A stretch of DNA of 64,000 nucleotides, from IMG/VR virus record IMGVR_UViG_2814123293_000008, positions 1 through 64,000 of that record; one strand, written 5' to 3'. The notes under the pieces were generated by a model, which searched no databases, had not been told where the DNA came from, and worked only from the letters and a program-made list of their open reading frames with translations. Source of the DNA: a virus (Duplodnaviria > Caudoviricetes). Positions 61,737 to 64,000 of this stretch are shown here, one piece after another. Each line of letters starts with the position of its first letter. Within the stretch, counting starts at the first letter, position 1. The translations under genes were made by a program, and so were the position numbers.

Positions 61737-62381
61737 ATGGATGTTCGTATCAATCAAGGATATGTCATCACGGATTCCTGTCATGTAGGTGATAGTGAAT
61801 TTGTTCTGGGGGTTCATTCAACAGCACCCCAGCAGTTTGTAACCTGGAAATGCAAAGATCAGACAGATTACTATTGGGGTCACTATTTCAGCACCCTATT
61901 TGATGCACAGAAAGATTTAGTAGCACGGGCGCAAGAGGAAGTTCAATGCCTGGAGGAACAACGGCAGAATACCAGTGTGTATGAAGCACCGGATTATTCC
62001 CCCTGGGGAGAAATCCAGACCTGTGAAACCCTCTGCCCTGGCGCGTATTCCGTCAGCACAGCGGGACATGGCGGCGTTATGGTGCGTCAGGAGCTGGCGG
62101 GAAAGGAGTTCCGAAAAGCAGCGCGGGATTGCAGCTTTGTGGAGGGAGCGTGGCTCTGCTACGAAGAGGATTGTGACGGGCCGCTAGCCCTGCGAGAACT
62201 GATGGACAAAAAGATGTATCAGGCTCCCGTCAACCAGTATTTCCGCCCTGGTGAATATGAAGCAGTCATCAACCGCAGCTTACAGACCTATCATCCCGAA
62301 TACTGGCAGGCACGGGCAAAGGATTTGAAGGAAAAAGGCCAGCCTTCTATCCAACGAAAAAAGAATGAGCGTGAACGATAA
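61737..62381 (+). CDS. ICE hypothetical protein
   Basis: 214 aa; YYWGHYF and SPWG..Q..VSTAGHGG segments. Confidence 0.7.
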   Translation: MDVRINQGYVITDSCHVGDSEFVLGVHSTAPQQFVTWKCKDQTDYYWGHYFSTLFDAQKDLVARAQEEVQCLEEQRQNTSVYEAPDYSPWGEIQTCETLCPGAYSVSTAGHGGVMVRQELAGKEFRKAARDCSFVEGAWLCYEEDCDGPLALRELMDKKMYQAPVNQYFRPGEYEAVINRSLQTYHPEYWQARAKDLKEKGQPSIQRKKNERER

Positions 62382-63331
62382 TGGAACTGGAAATCATCAG
62401 TATGACCCCGCAGGAACGGATGTACTCTTACAGCCAGAGCAGCCAGATCGAGGCCCAGACCGGCTGTATCGGCCACCTGCGCGGTGATTTTGGTGCTGGC
62501 CAAGAGTTTTTCAGCTCATGGTTTGACCACCGTGGAGAGTATAAGACCGACGAGTTCAAAGCGGAGTTTGATGAAGTGGTCAACAGCCTGCGGAAGAAGG
62601 ACGGGCTGCTTTTCAGCCGGGACAGCATGACCCGCTATTGTCGGCAACGCCCGGAAGCCGAGATGGTGGGCAACTACTGTACCGAGTACGGCTTTAAGCT
62701 GAAAACCGACCAGCACACCTATATGTTGCGGTGCAATCCCAATTATGGGGATTATAATTTCTACCTCTATGCCTATGTTGGTCGGTTCCTGGAACACCAC
62801 ATGGAAAAGGCCAAGCAGGGCATCCGATTTATCACTCCCGGCTACAAGGAGATTTTTCGCATTCCGGACGGCGATAGCATCCGCATTTTCACAGGCGGAG
62901 GAGGAACCCGTGACCGAACCTGCCGGTTTATCGACGAAACACACTTTGAAACCAGCGGCGACTATCCCAGCGCCCTCTATCATATCTGCGAGTTTGCGGA
63001 ACGTCTGGAGAAAACCCACGGAAGTGTCATTCCTCTGCGTTCTTCTCTACCGCCCAACTGTTTGAGTATTCTCCCTTCCAGCGGAGAGCTGATTATCATC
63101 ACACGGGGCGAAAAAGGATATTTGCTCTCGGATATGCAAATTAAAGGAAAATCCAATCAGGAGGTGGCGGAGATCGCAAACCATGCTGCTGGTGTTACCA
63201 AAGCACAGGAAGCTGCAATGCTGGCAGGCTCCATGTTTGGCTGGCAAACGCCCGCCGCTGATCCTAAAAACTACGATGAGCAGGGCCAGCCCATCCGTCC
63301 AAAGCAAAAAGACCGGGGTGATGCCCGATGA
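62381..63331 (+). CDS. ICE hypothetical protein
   Basis: 316 aa; GCIGHLRGDFG and AGSMFGWQTPAADP segments. Confidence 0.72.
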   Translation: MELEIISMTPQERMYSYSQSSQIEAQTGCIGHLRGDFGAGQEFFSSWFDHRGEYKTDEFKAEFDEVVNSLRKKDGLLFSRDSMTRYCRQRPEAEMVGNYCTEYGFKLKTDQHTYMLRCNPNYGDYNFYLYAYVGRFLEHHMEKAKQGIRFITPGYKEIFRIPDGDSIRIFTGGGGTRDRTCRFIDETHFETSGDYPSALYHICEFAERLEKTHGSVIPLRSSLPPNCLSILPSSGELIIITRGEKGYLLSDMQIKGKSNQEVAEIANHAAGVTKAQEAAMLAGSMFGWQTPAADPKNYDEQGQPIRPKQKDRGDAR

Positions 63332-63873
63332 ACGAGGATAAACACATTATCTGGAGTAACTATGATCTGGATTATGAGGACTGGCGCGGTGATCTGGAAG
63401 CAGAATACCCGGAGCTGTCCGAGGATGAGCGTATCTCTCTGATGTATGAAATCAATGGGCATTATCTGGATGATGAGCGCATGAACCTCAATGTGCAGCT
63501 TTCCCAGCCTATTTTGGTAATCGGTGATCTGGGCTTATGGAACGGACGCCGCATGGGATACAAGGAGATTCCCAGCGGCAATATCCGTGACTGCCTTTAC
63601 GGAGATACGGACTACTCCACATGGTATGTAGACCGCCTGGGCGATCTGCGGTGTGATGCCATCCACCATGACGGCACCAACCATTATCTCTATCGAGTTT
63701 ATAAGGATGGTGTGCGAGATTCCCAGATTGAACTTCTGAAAGAAAAACTGTATCGCGGCACAGCGACCCGCGCCGATATAACGAGAGTGACCCGCAGGCT
63801 GGGCGACGACATCGCCAAAGTCTACGGGTTTTCCATTCCCCGGCAGCGGCAGGCCGCTACAATCGAAAGGTAA
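63328..63873 (+). CDS. ICE hypothetical protein
   Basis: 181 aa; HHDGTNHYLYR segment; ATGA coupling. Confidence 0.72.
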   Translation: MNEDKHIIWSNYDLDYEDWRGDLEAEYPELSEDERISLMYEINGHYLDDERMNLNVQLSQPILVIGDLGLWNGRRMGYKEIPSGNIRDCLYGDTDYSTWYVDRLGDLRCDAIHHDGTNHYLYRVYKDGVRDSQIELLKEKLYRGTATRADITRVTRRLGDDIAKVYGFSIPRQRQAATIER

Positions 63874-63885
63874 GGTGAATACGCA

Positions 63886-64000
63886 ATGGCATATCTGCCA
63901 CCAGTAAAGTTGGAAACCCATACAAGCTGGTTTGACATTCTGCTTACGGTTCTGCATGAACACGCGGAAAGCGATCCCTATGAAGAATATCGGGAGATGG
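63886..64000 (+). CDS. Partial ORF truncated by the window end
   Basis: AAGGTG RBS and ATG at 63886, open to the end. Confidence 0.5.
   Translation, partial: MAYLPPVKLETHTSWFDILLTVLHEHAESDPYEEYREM

Larger units (their letters stand above)
53480..64000. mobile_element. Left part of an ICE-like conjugative element (continues beyond the window)
   Basis: parA-parB, large sortase-anchored adhesin and co-oriented small genes typical of Clostridial conjugative elements; no relaxase, T4SS or integrase visible in the window. Confidence 0.65.

Noticed and set aside
1-64000. CRISPR arrays, tRNA or rRNA genes, IS elements
   Set aside because: No regularly spaced repeat array, cloverleaf, rRNA-like sequence or transposase was seen.

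Overview
The window holds most of a temperate myovirus prophage (window start to about 53.4 kb) followed by the left part of a conjugative-element-like region (about 53.5-64 kb). The high GC content and gene families suggest a Clostridia host, probably Oscillospiraceae-like (inference). The prophage has a lambda-type head module, a P2-type contractile tail, lysis genes, a replication/recombination early region, a cI/cro switch and a tyrosine integrase. The integrase abuts a 60-bp duplicate of the rpsI 3' end (ERKKYGLKAARRAPQFSKR*), i.e. an att site; the other att is not in the window. The ICE-like part encodes ParA/ParB, a sortase-anchored thioester-domain adhesin and small hypothetical genes. 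The best candidate for an undescribed system is a five-gene coupled cassette at the head of the late operon, just before the terminase: a sodium:solute symporter, two PP-loop (PAPS-reductase-fold) enzymes and two ParB/Srx-domain proteins. It may import a small substrate and use it to modify phage DNA (hypothesis). Other notable signals are a complete hammerhead ribozyme at 2141-2200, an unannotated 51-aa antisense gene resembling the repressor C-terminus, an iteron plus AT-rich origin-like locus displaced from the initiator gene, a region-4-less sigma-like protein beside an AbrB homolog, and a methyltransferase-fold protein with a variant catalytic motif and a clamp-binding tail. All family calls come from motif recognition by eye; no searches were run.
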